A stretch of DNA of 64,000 bases from Eledone cirrhosa. Lineage: Eukaryota. The DNA lies in assembly GCA_964016885.1 (NCBI GenBank), contig OZ024757.1:37200001-37264000 (forward strand), written 5' to 3'. The notes under the pieces were generated by a model. It searched no databases. It saw only the letters and a list, made by a program, of their open reading frames with translations, and was not told where the DNA came from. The number at the start of each line of letters is the position of its first letter. The first letter of the stretch is position 1. This document shows, in pieces, positions 43,947 to 54,878 of the stretch. Made by a program: the position numbers and the translations under genes.

Positions 43947-44004
43947 TTTTATCTGATGATAGCGTACCAAAATTTTTGGTACCCTTGAAATATATATAAT
44001 AGAA
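43947..44004 (+). ncRNA. Type I minimal hammerhead motif (sense strand, inside the U12 intron)
   Basis: TTTTAT-CTGATGA-[TAGCGTACCAAAATTTTTGGTACCCTT]-GAAA-TATATA-TA-ATAGAA then TAAA. Confidence 0.72.
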
Positions 44005-44167
44005 TAAATATGGTTTTATAAATATAGTTTCCATTTATATAATATCAATTGAATACTTACTCCAGAAATCTGTTGAGTGCTTTGAATTAGTTGTAAACAT
44101 CTATATTTGTTGGATTTGCAACTAATTAAATATCTCTTATACATATATATATATACATATATATATA

Positions 44168-44235
<68 letters not shown>

Positions 44236-44836
44236 AGGAGAAATACTGCCCTTAAGGTAGTATTTCTGCTGGTAATTATGAAGCAGTAGTTAAGATGTAT
44301 CAGTCGTTAGGTTTTATATGTGATTAATTGTTGAACATTAAATACAGCAGCCAGAAATAATTAGTATTAGCAGAAGCATTACATACATACACACATGCAG
44401 TCGCACATATATATATATACACATATATACATATACACACACATACAAATATGTGTGGTGTGTGTGTACATTTATTTATGTTTGTGTGAGTATATATATA
44501 TACACACACACATACATACACAGATTTATATATATATGTATATATGTACATATATATATGTACATATATGTAATGTTTCATATAGAAATGGATTCTACAG
44601 AAGTAGAACTGTTTCATTCAAAAGAAATCCCCAGAACTTTCCTGATGATTTCTTTTGAATGAAACAGTTCTAGTTCTGTAGAAGCCATTTCTTTATTAAA
44701 CATCATGTTTACATTCTACTATTGTATTGAGTACCTTACTGTGTTTAACCCCTGACTGAACCTGGGACTCATATTTATATGTACATATATATATATATAT
44801 ATATATATAGTAGAATGTAAACATGATGTTTAATAT

Positions 44837-44879
<43 letters not shown>

Positions 44880-45429
44880 TAGCAGCAATGGAATTATTGA
44901 AATGTATGTTTTAATGAAGAAAAGGATCTTTAGTAGTAGTAATGGTTGTGGTGGTGGCGGTGTTATTATTATTATGAATAGTAGTAATAGTAAGGGTTTC
45001 CAAAGTGTCCTAGTAGAAGCAACTGTCTGCATATGACCTTGATACATCCCCCAAATGAGGCCAACTGACGTTATAGATCAGTAATGAGCAAACTGCGAGC
45101 CGCGACCTGTTTGGCTTTCTCAATGGCATGCCTAATTTCAATATTGCCTTGAATTTTTTAGTAGTGTGGTCCGCCATATGGCGTGGCCCACTGCTCGAAA
45201 AAAAGTGGCCTCTCCTTGTCAATGCTTCCCAACAATCTTGCTCCTGTTCTACCTCTGTCTCTCCTGCCAGTTGGCTTCACCAGTAAAGATATATTCTACC
45301 ATTCTTTCCACAGACATTCTAGCCACATATTCTCCACAGTACCATGTGTCAGCCATATTTCTTCTCTTCTGTTCATCTTCATCTTCTCCTTGCTCTTGTT
45401 TAATTATGTTCTCTCATTGTTTTGTCCTT

Positions 45430-45915
45430 TAGTGGCTTTGCTTTTGCATTTTTAGTGTCTTTATTGCCTTACTTAGAGTGAGGCAGCCATATTTTTTGTT
45501 ATCTTCTCTCTTGTTGAATTATATTTTCTTTGTGTCTTGATTTATCTCTTCTCAGTTATTAAAAAAAACCCAAAACTCTTGAATTTTTAGTGGCTTTATT
45601 GCCTTGCTTAGGGTGAGACAGCCATTTTTATTCTTATCTTCTCCCTGGCAGCCATAATTTTTTTAATCTCTCATTAAATTATGTTTTCTCTGAGTCGTGA
45701 CTTCTCCCTTCTTAGTTTAAGAATGAAACCCTTGAATTTTTAGTGGCTTTATTACTTTGCCTAGGTTGAGGCAGCCATATTTCTTCTTGGTTTTTCTTCT
45801 TCATCTTCTGTCTTGATCAATTATGTTCTTTCTGAGTATCTTGTCCTTCTCCCTTCTCAGTAAAAAAGCAAAAAAACCTTTGCATTTTTTAGTGGCTTTA
45901 TTACCTTACTTAGGG
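45430..45915. repeat. Diverged ~140-bp pyrimidine-rich tandem repeat upstream of exon 6a
   Basis: ttttagtggctttattgccttgcttagggtgagacagccat-like block recurs about 4 times. Confidence 0.72.
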
Positions 45916-45980
45916 GGAGCAAAAATTAACCCCGCAAAAAGAGAAGAAATTATAGGCATATATATTTATATATAAAACAA

Positions 45981-45998
45981 TCCTTAACCTTTCTGTAC
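45981..45998 (+). promoter_or_regulatory. U12 branch point and AC acceptor of exon 6a
   Basis: TCCTTAAC at 45981-45988 then ctttctgtAC; branch A is 11 nt from the 3' end; no AG acceptor. Confidence 0.92.
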
Positions 45999-46101
45999 TA
46001 TTATCGAAGTAATTGTTTGCTTCTTTTCTGTCTGGTCAATTATTGGTTTGGCAGGCTTTCATACATATTTAACAACCTCAGAGCAAACAACCAATGAAGA
46101 T
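45999..46101 (+). CDS. ZDHHC14: ZDHHC14-like alternative exon 6a (TM4 and TTxE motif)
   Basis: 103 nt, reads (S)[34 protein letters not shown]; GTGAGT U2 donor at 46102. Confidence 0.94.
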
Positions 46102-48189
46102 GTGAGTCACTATTCATTATCTGAATGTTGTTGCAAAAATATGGTTTTTATTTATTATTTATTTTATATATATATATATATATTTATATTGGTTGACTTC
46201 TGCATTGAAAGTATTGATTTTTTTTTTTTTTTTTGCTCCAAGTTCTTTTCCCTTGCGTCCCCTCTCTCTCCCCCCTGTTTATTGTGGCTTTTTAAAAAAT
46301 GTATATATATATATATATATATATGGAAATGTATATATGTGTGTGTGTACATATATATATGTATGTGCATGAATCAAGGGTCATCTGAATATATTATCAC
46401 TATATATAAATATTATTTTTACCTTGAAATGGCTCTAGATTATTGCATTGTTGTTATTATTATTGTGGCCTTGGTCTTGTGAAGAAACATTTGCTATTTA
46501 AATCTTCATCGCAATATCATTTCATTTCATTTAATTTTTTTTTGTCATTATTTCAATATTTCATTTTGCATGGAGCAGTTGGTTTGTTGAGTGGTATCAG
46601 TATTCAGTTACTTAATGGCTTTCTATGTTCTGAGTTTGAATTTGAATCCCCTCACCCAAGTCAACTTCGCTTTTGTGTCCTCCTACTCCCCACCCGGTGG
46701 TGGCCTTCAATGAGATATTATAGTACCAGTAAAATAATGGGAGGGGGACGTCAATATAATCAACTTTTCTCTCCACTCTTCCCTTCAAAATTACTGGCCT
46801 TGTGTCAAAATTAGAAACCATTATATCATTTGCATTATTTCATATTTTTTCATTTCTTTCTAAATCACCTTCCAGGTGTCTCCCTCAATCTACAGGCACA
46901 CGTTCAGAGCAGGCCCATTTCAACAAATTGCTTTGAAGGCAGCACTTTCTTCTCCACCCTGATGTTCCTCTTCAAATGAAACCTGAAGAAGTTAATCAGG
47001 GTGTCAGGACCCTCTGATAAGTCCTGAATATTTGAGGCTGCAGGATTTAGGACTGTCATGAGATCAAGGTTGTCCCCACCGTCATAGGAACACTAGGTAC
47101 TATCTCAAAGAGCTTCCATGGCTGGTTAAAGAACATTAGGCCAGCCTCCTTTTTTGGGGGGAACACTCCAGACAGCATGTCTACTGGGAGCAACAAGGAT
47201 CCTCCGATATGTCCTGAATATCTGAGGCTAGAAGTAGTAGCTTGATGTTCATTAAGTCAAATTTTCCTGTTATCAAATTCATAATAATGATAATAGTTGT
47301 AATAACACAAATCTAATCAAGAATTTCTAGACAAATTGTGGATAGTAATGAAAATACAAAAATAGAAATTCCAATTTAACATTAGTTTGTTTGTTAGTTT
47401 TTATTTTTCATATATGTTTTTTTTTTTTTATCCTTTTTTTTTTGTAAGAATCTGCGAGATTCTTTGAACTTCTTCGATTTAAAATAGGTTATGTTATTAT
47501 ATTATATTTTTTAATCAATTTTTAAAATTTTATTTAAAAACATTTTTTTTAGGCTTTTATGTTTTGTTGACTAAGTTATATATATACATATACGCTGTTT
47601 TTTTTTGCAAAAAAATGAAAAATAATTATTTATTTTCTCATATATATAAATATATATGTGCGTATATAGATTTTATCCTATTTATTTATTTTTTATTTGT
47701 TTATTTAAATTTTATTTTCATCTTCTAACAAAACAATATAACACACCTGCACACATGCACATACATATATGTCTATATATATGTGTATATATATCTCTCT
47801 ATATATATATATGTCTATATATATATATCCAAAAATCGTCTAAAGCATCAAAGAGGTCAACTTGAAAGTATGTGTGTTGATTGATTATTCATTCTTAGAA
47901 TCATTTTAGTTCTTGTTTGATGTCTCCCCCACCCTTTCACCCCACACTTCCCCCACCCCTCCACCAACAACTGTACATGTTAAATATTGAAAGCAGCAAT
48001 GCCTATTCAGTTGTGACACATCCACTCCATTTATATTTGCATAGACCTTCATCTACATATACACATACCTAACACACACACACATATATATATATACACA
48101 TACATTTACACATACCCCACATATATATATACATACATTTACATATACCTCCACACACATAGACATTCATCTACATATACACATACCTA

Positions 48190-48220
<31 letters not shown>

Positions 48221-48904
48221 CACATACCCCACATATATATAGACATTCATCTACATATACACATACCTAACACACACACATATATATATATACACATACA
48301 TTTACACATACCCCACATATATATACATACATTTACATATACCTCCACACACATAGACATTCATCTACATATACACATACCTAACACACACATATATATA
48401 TATATATATCATCATCATCATCATCAATTTTACGTCCATTTTTCCCTGCTTGCAAGGGTGGGACGGGAACTGATTCTGGCTTGATTTCTACAGCTGGATG
48501 CTCTTCCTAACACCAACCTCATTTACAGTGAGTGCTGGCTGCTTTTTTTTCCGTGGCGCCTACAAGTCCACTTTGCAGTGGAATGATAGGGACCCCAGTC
48601 CCTATCATCTCATTTCTACAGTAGAGTAAACTGGAGCAATGTGAGATAAAGTGTCTTGCTCAAAGAAACAACACATCACCCGGTCTGAGAATTGAACTCA
48701 CAACCTTTCGATTGCAAGGCCAATCCTCTAACCACTAAGCCATGTGCCTCCATCTGTATATATATATATATTCAGATTCATGTGTGCACACATACAGATG
48801 CACATACATACAGCCCTACACACGCACACACAAATACTCACACACATACATATAGCCACATACATACACACATACATAGACATCATCATCATCATCATCA
48901 TCAT

Positions 48905-49285
48905 CATTTTACGTCCGCTTTTCCCTGCTTGCAAGGGTGGGACGGGTCTTATTCAGCACAGCATCTCTCCACTCGTCACAGTCCCTCGTCATCTCCACCG
49001 TGAGCTTCAATGATCTGAGGTCTGTTCTCACCACCTCCGCCCATGTTTTTCGTGGTTTACCTCTACCACGTCTTCCTTCAACTGGCAATTCCTGGCACTT
49101 CTTCACCCATTGGTCATCCTCCATGCGCATCACATGTCCATACCACCTCAGTCTCCTCTCTCGTACACTACATTCTATCCCTCTCAGACACAGTTTCTCT
49201 CTCAACACATTTATGCTGGGTCGTTCACGCACATTTACACTGCACATCCAACGGAGCATGCTTGCATCATTTCTCTCCAGCCGTT
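48905..49285 (-). mobile_element. RTE LINE 3' fragment
   Basis: MLRWMCSVNVRERPSINVLREKL...[14 protein letters not shown]...GKPRKTW. Confidence 0.9.
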
Positions 49286-49478
49286 TATAAGAATTTTCCC
49301 TTCAATCTTTCTTTAATTTTCTGTACCAAAAGAACAGCCATTAAAACTATCCCATCTATTAATAGACAATCTATATTTAAATGTCCTTTTTGAGGCAATA
49401 TTTTACAGCCTGGTGTATATATATATATAAATGAAATAACAGGAGGCTGGACTGGTGTAAATCCTTGAAAAGTTTATT

Positions 49479-49536
49479 ATACTATGATCATTTCAATGAC
49501 CGAGTTCCATATGAATCCGGTGATATCATCAGGTAT
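49479..49536 (-). ncRNA. Type I minimal hammerhead motif
   Basis: Minus strand: ATAC-CTGATGA-[TATCACCGGATTCATATGGAACTCGGTCATT]-GAAA-TGATCA-TA-GTAT-AATAAA. Confidence 0.68.
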
Positions 49537-49970
49537 TGGAATATAACAAAGGAATATGTAAAAACCATGGGTCCGAAAAACCATATGGAACCCGGTCATT
49601 GAAATGATCATAGTATAATAAACCTTTCAAGGATTTACACTAGTCCAGCCTCCTGTTATTTCATTTATAATCGCACCACCAACTACACAAACGAAGATGG
49701 GTGAACTGCATTGCGTTGAGTACTCTTCACAATATTACACCAAGATTGACCATACGGAATGACCAGTTCTATCCAGTGGTGAACCAACAAACCTTAAGAT
49801 ATACACACACACACACACACACAAGGAGAGCATAAAGTCTTTCCCATATTGTTTCATGCGATTTTAACTTTAACTTGAAATTTATAAATTAAAAGAATGA
49901 AAAAGTAAATTCTCAAATAGTATCCAATATATGGTATTTTATAATCAGGGAAAGACTTTTTGGTCACCCC

Positions 49971-50005
<35 letters not shown>

Positions 50006-50358
50006 CTTTTGCCGAGAATAAGTAAGTGACAGTCACTTACTTTAAAACTCATAGCGAATGGTCTTCAGATGTATACATTCATGTATACATCGCTATTTCA
50101 GAGCACCAATACTTATATATATATATATATATTGGCGTGGAGAGGGGAGACTGGTACACATGGGCAACTGCTGGTCTTCCTCAAACAACTTTGTCCAGGC
50201 TTGTGCCTCGGTGGGAAAATTTCTAGGTGCAAAACCATGGTCATCCCTGACCGAGTGGAGCCAAAGCATATATACAGGGTGAATAAAGACTATAAGCTCA
50301 CCCTGTATGTGTGTATATATATATACAGGGTAAATAAAGACTATAAGCTCACCCTGTA

Positions 50359-50407
<49 letters not shown>

Positions 50408-52093
50408 TATTCATTGCTGTGATCTATTGAGACAATAATAGAGTGAGCACCAGTACTATCAGTTAGACAGACAGAAATAGTATAGTGTTTCTCCCCATAT
50501 TAACTAACATACTTATACAACTGTAGTCAGACCACACCCACTCTTTCTACAAAAGCCCCTCCTCCCTCTTTCCCCTGCCCTATCCCCACTCATACTTCCA
50601 CTCTTATTAATTGTTCTTCCTCCTGTTGTATGTAACAGCTCAACTCCCCTTCCTCCTCCCCCTTCCCCTACCCCTTTCCTCCTCACTAAACAGCTGAAGG
50701 AATTGTCACAACTGATGTTAATGTTTCTGCAGAAGGTGAAGAAACCATTTTAGCAACTCAGCAATAAATTCTTCAACTCTGATGATATTAAAATTGAAAA
50801 TTGACAAACATTGCCACCACCCTAAGACAATTTATTTCATATACATTTTCTATATACATTGCCATTCTGAGTTCAAAATCCTGCCAAGGTCAACTTTGCC
50901 TTTCATCCTTACAGGGTCGATAAAATAAAGTACCAGTAATGTACTAGGTAATTGATGGCCTTGTGCCAATAGTAGAAACAATTAATTTCTATATACATGT
51001 GTGTGTGTATATATGTATATATATACATATATATATATAATATATTTATGATATAATATATATATATATACATATGTATGTATATAATATATTTATAATA
51101 TATATATATATATACATATGTATGTATATAATATATTTATAATATATATATATATATATACATATGTATGTATATAATATATTTATAATATATATATATA
51201 TATACATATGTATGTATATAATATATTTATAATATAATATATATAATATATAATATAATATATAATATAATGTATAATATATATATAATATAATATATAA
51301 TATATATATAATATAATATATATATTATTTGCAATTATTTTTGCAATTATTTTACAAAATCTAAAGAAGCATGTTTTTGTTTTTCCAAGCATAGAAACTG
51401 CCAAAGAATGTTGTTGCTGTTGTTGTTGCTGTCAATGTTGTTGTTAATGTTGTTGATAATGTTTCTGTTGTTAAATGCATTAAATATTCCCTTTCATATA
51501 TTCATTCCCAAATATCAGAAAAAAATTTACATTTTTACCCATTTATTCTTACAAGTGTTTATGTACATACATTTATGCTTATATATATATATATGATACA
51601 TAATATACCTGCTCACTCCATTTAAATCCATTATTTGTAGAAAATTCATTCTCCATGTGACATAAAAGAGATGGAGATGGAGGTGGGGTGGGGGAGGAAA
51701 AGAGAAAAATATAGTAAAAAAACCCAACTATTTCCTTCTTTATTACAATCTCTAGGGAACTTCTTTGATGTCTATAAATGGCTGTAGATGTCTGTTGGGG
51801 GTTGTTGTGTTTATTAAATTGCAATAGTATATTATATTATATACATATATAATGTATGTAGGACATGGCAGTGAATTGCCAAAGTGTTTAAAATGTAGAA
51901 TGGACTGCTTTGTGGTGTTTGTGCTGGCTCTCTGTGTTATGAGTTCAAATCCCACTGAGGTCAACTTTGGCTTGTCATCCTTCTAGTCTTGAAATAATAA
52001 AGTACTAGCCTAGCTACTCAAATAAGAAGGATTTTTATGGCTGGTTTGAAAAGAAAGATGTGAGAGAATTCTGACCAGATTTGGCCAGTTTAA

Positions 52094-52314
52094 CCCTTTA
52101 GCAATCACATTATTCCATATTTACTATTGTATTTTCAAGGTAAAGGCATTATCTTACATAATTATCTCACATAATATTGAATCTATGAGATTTTGATGTT
52201 ATTTACTTTGAGAATAATACCTTAATGTAGGTATGAGCAACCAGTTACTGCCGGTTTGAAAAGAAAGATGTGAGAGAATTCTGGTCAGATATTGCCAGTT
52301 TAAATTCCAAAGAG
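52094..52314 (-). mobile_element. piggyBac-type MITE (diverged)
   Basis: TTAA-CCCTTTAGCA start, same internal body as the other copies. Confidence 0.72.
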
Positions 52315-52702
52315 TTAAAAAGAAAACAGCAACAAACACATGAACAACTGTCTTTTACTATAGCCTCCGATATACTAAAACTTTGTATATAGATATCTAA
52401 ATATTGGGACTTGACTTATGGCTTTCTTTTTTAAGGACATGTGGGGCCCTTATTAATCCCTTACCTATATCACTCACTGTATTACATTCCCATTTGGCTG
52501 GCTGTGCCTTTCATGTGCTTTTTGTAAAGAAAGTAAAAAAAATTGGCTTTAAAAGTTGTGAGAGCTTTCTGTTTGTCTGTCTGTTGTGTGTGTGTTTCTG
52601 TCTTATGTGAGTGTATGTATGTGAGTGAGTGTGTGTGTGTTGGATGGACAGTCAGGCTAAGCTAATGTAATTTTCTATTGTGAAGCTTTTTCTTTATTAT
52701 TT

Positions 52703-53092
52703 ATTATTTAAGTGATTTAAAAAAAAATTACTTTGTGACTGTTGTGAGTATATTATATGTGTGTGCATACTCACAACAGTCACAAAGTAATTTTTTTTTA
52801 AAATCACTTAAATAATGGTTTCTTATATAGGCACAAGGCCAGCAATTTTTTTTTTGGTGGGGGGGAGTCGATTAAATCGACCCCAGTACATTACTGGTAC
52901 TTTATTTTATCGACCCCGTAAGGATGAAAGGCAAAGTTAACCTCGGCGGTATTCGAACTCAAGCCCTTTATGATCTGAGTTCAAATCCCGGCGACTTTCC
53001 CCTCCTTCCAAAATTGCTGGCCTTGTGCCTATATAAGAAACCATTATTTAAGTGACAAAAAAAAAAATTACTTTGTGACTGTTGTGAGTATG

Positions 53093-53100
<8 letters not shown>
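52703..53100. repeat. Inverted triplication / fold-back containing a SINE A fragment
   Basis: Segment A at 52703-52750, its reverse complement at about 52765-52816, and A again at 53043-53097; 52757-52850 pairs with 53010-53100. Confidence 0.85.
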
Positions 53101-53124
<24 letters not shown>

Positions 53125-53228
53125 AAGATGTATGTATATATGTGTGTGTGTGTGTATATTATTTTTTCTTTAAAACTCTGTGCTTAGTCTTTGAATGTTT
53201 GTAAGTTCCGCTATTGTATAGTGAATGC

Positions 53229-53246
53229 TCCTTGACTTGTTCCTAC
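53229..53246 (+). promoter_or_regulatory. U12 branch point and AC acceptor of exon 6b
   Basis: TCCTTGAC at 53229-53236 then ttgttcctAC; branch A is 11 nt from the 3' end, the same spacing as at exon 6a. Confidence 0.9.
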
Positions 53247-53349
53247 TATGGTGGAAGCTGTAATTTGTTTCTTTTCTGTGTGGTCTGTTGTTGGTCTTGC
53301 GGGCTTCCATACATATCTGGCAGCCTCAGAACAGACCACTAATGAAGAT
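53247..53349 (+). CDS. ZDHHC14: ZDHHC14-like alternative exon 6b (paralogous TM4 and TTxE motif)
   Basis: 103 nt, reads (S)[34 protein letters not shown]; GTAAGT U2 donor at 53350. Not in the ORF track. Confidence 0.94.
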
Positions 53350-53584
53350 GTAAGTATACTCTAGATTGTTCTTCATTAAATTAGATTAAAATGCAGTCAA
53401 AATAATAATAAATAATTGATTTCGAAACCTGAGAAGGATATTGATGCAGTCTGAAGACTTAACCTTTTATTATATTAAATGTCTGGTATTTATTGTTGTT
53501 GTCACTATTTGTTTTTTAAATGTTTTCTTGGTAATGTATATTAACTGAAGATCTATATATACCATCTCTCTTCCTTTTTATAAT

Positions 53585-53622
53585 ATATCTGATGAAGGAC
53601 TAGTGTCCGAAACGTTAAGACC
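53585..53622 (+). ncRNA. Hammerhead-like core in the exon 6b-7 intron
   Basis: CTGATGA-A-GGAC-TAGT-GTCC-GAAACGTTA with palindromic AACGTT stem III. Stem I pairing is poor. Confidence 0.5.
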
Positions 53623-53844
53623 CTCTTCCTGCTATTTCAAGTGTTAACCTAATATATTCTTTCCATATACTGTACCAATTGTGTTGTTATTTCTGTTTAC
53701 CTTTTAAATATATATATATATATATATATATATGCATATATTATAAAAAGGAAGAGAGATGGTATATATATATAGATATATTTATTTATTTATTTAAAAC
53801 GGTGATGATTTATGTATGTATATATTTCTTTATTTCTTTAATAG

Positions 53845-53954
53845 ATAAAAGGTTCCTTTTCATCCAAGAGAGGACAAGATAATTTTAATCCCTATAGCAG
53901 AGGGTCAATATTTAAAAATTGCCTAGTTGTATTATGTGGGCCAAATCCCCCAAG
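53845..53954 (+). CDS. ZDHHC14: ZDHHC14-like exon 7 (NPY / C-terminal conserved region)
   Basis: ttaatAG acceptor, GTAAGT donor, 110 nt. Reads [36 protein letters not shown](S). Confidence 0.96.
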
Positions 53955-53991
53955 GTAAGTTTGACCACCAATATAGGTGTAAAATATTTAA

Positions 53992-54432
53992 CCCTTTAGC
54001 ATTTAAACCGGCCATATCCGGCCAGAATTCTCTCACCTCTTTATGTTCAAACCGGCCATAACTGGCCACTCATAAGGTATTGTTCTTAAAATAAATAATA
54101 TGAAAATGTCATAGATTCGATATTATGTGAGATAATTATGTGAAGTAAAGCCTTTACCGTGAAAATATAATAGTATATATATATAGAGTAAAGTAAATGT
54201 TATATGAGATAATTATGTGAGGTAAAGCCTTTACCGTGAAAATATAATAGTATATATATAGAGTAATGTAAATGTTATGTGAGATAATTATGTGAGGTAA
54301 AGCCTTTACCGTGAAAATATAATAGTAAAATTATAGAGTAATGTAAATGTTATATGAGATAATTATGTGAGGTAAAGCCTTTACCGTGAAAATATAATAG
54401 TAAAATTATAGAGTAATGTAAATGCTAAAGGG
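53992..54432 (+). mobile_element. piggyBac-type MITE with ~75-bp tandem expansion (4 copies), filling most of intron 7
   Basis: TTAA-CCCTTTAGCATTTA...TAAATGCTAAAGGG-TTAA. Confidence 0.88.
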
Positions 54433-54597
54433 TTAAAAAGATATTGTATATTTGTTTCTTTAGATTATAACCCCCTCTAGTGTATTATTATTACAGTATT
54501 AACTTGGGAATTGAAAAAAGATTTTGTTATAATGGTATATGTTAAAACAGAATTTTATTTTACCTGTATACTATTTTTTAAATGTTTATCTTTTCAG

Positions 54598-54736
54598 TTT
54601 AATTGATCGTAGAGGCTATGTTGTACCTGACAGCTCTCAGATACACAGTGACAGCCTAAATAGCTGTGTTAAAGAAAGTAACTCTGTCAATGTCAAACAT
54701 GAATACTATGGTTCGACTACAGTGACGGAACAAAAG
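54598..54736 (+). CDS. ZDHHC14: ZDHHC14-like exon 8
   Basis: ttttcAG acceptor, GTTAGT donor, 139 nt. Reads (S)LIDRRGYVVPDSSQIHSDSLNSCVKESNSVNVKHEYYGSTTVTEQK; SLIDRRGY is typical of the family. Confidence 0.92.
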
Positions 54737-54789
54737 GTTAGTCACATACATATACATACACATACATACATATATATACTACCTGCTTG

Positions 54790-54827
<38 letters not shown>

Positions 54828-54840
54828 TACCGTCTTTCTT

Positions 54841-54878
<38 letters not shown>

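Larger units (their letters stand above)
43704..44051. repeat. Near-perfect inverted repeat, 164-bp arms and 20-nt spacer
   Basis: 43704-43867 is the reverse complement of 43888-44051 with few mismatches. Confidence 0.92.

Noticed and set aside
52440-52540. Third exon-6 copy after aatcccttac...cactcac
   Set aside because: The branch-like sequence is off-consensus and the downstream frames show no similarity to TM4/TTxE.
45999-53349. Exon 6a/6b as an assembly or haplotype duplication
   Set aside because: Extensive synonymous divergence and unrelated flanking introns argue against a recent artefact.
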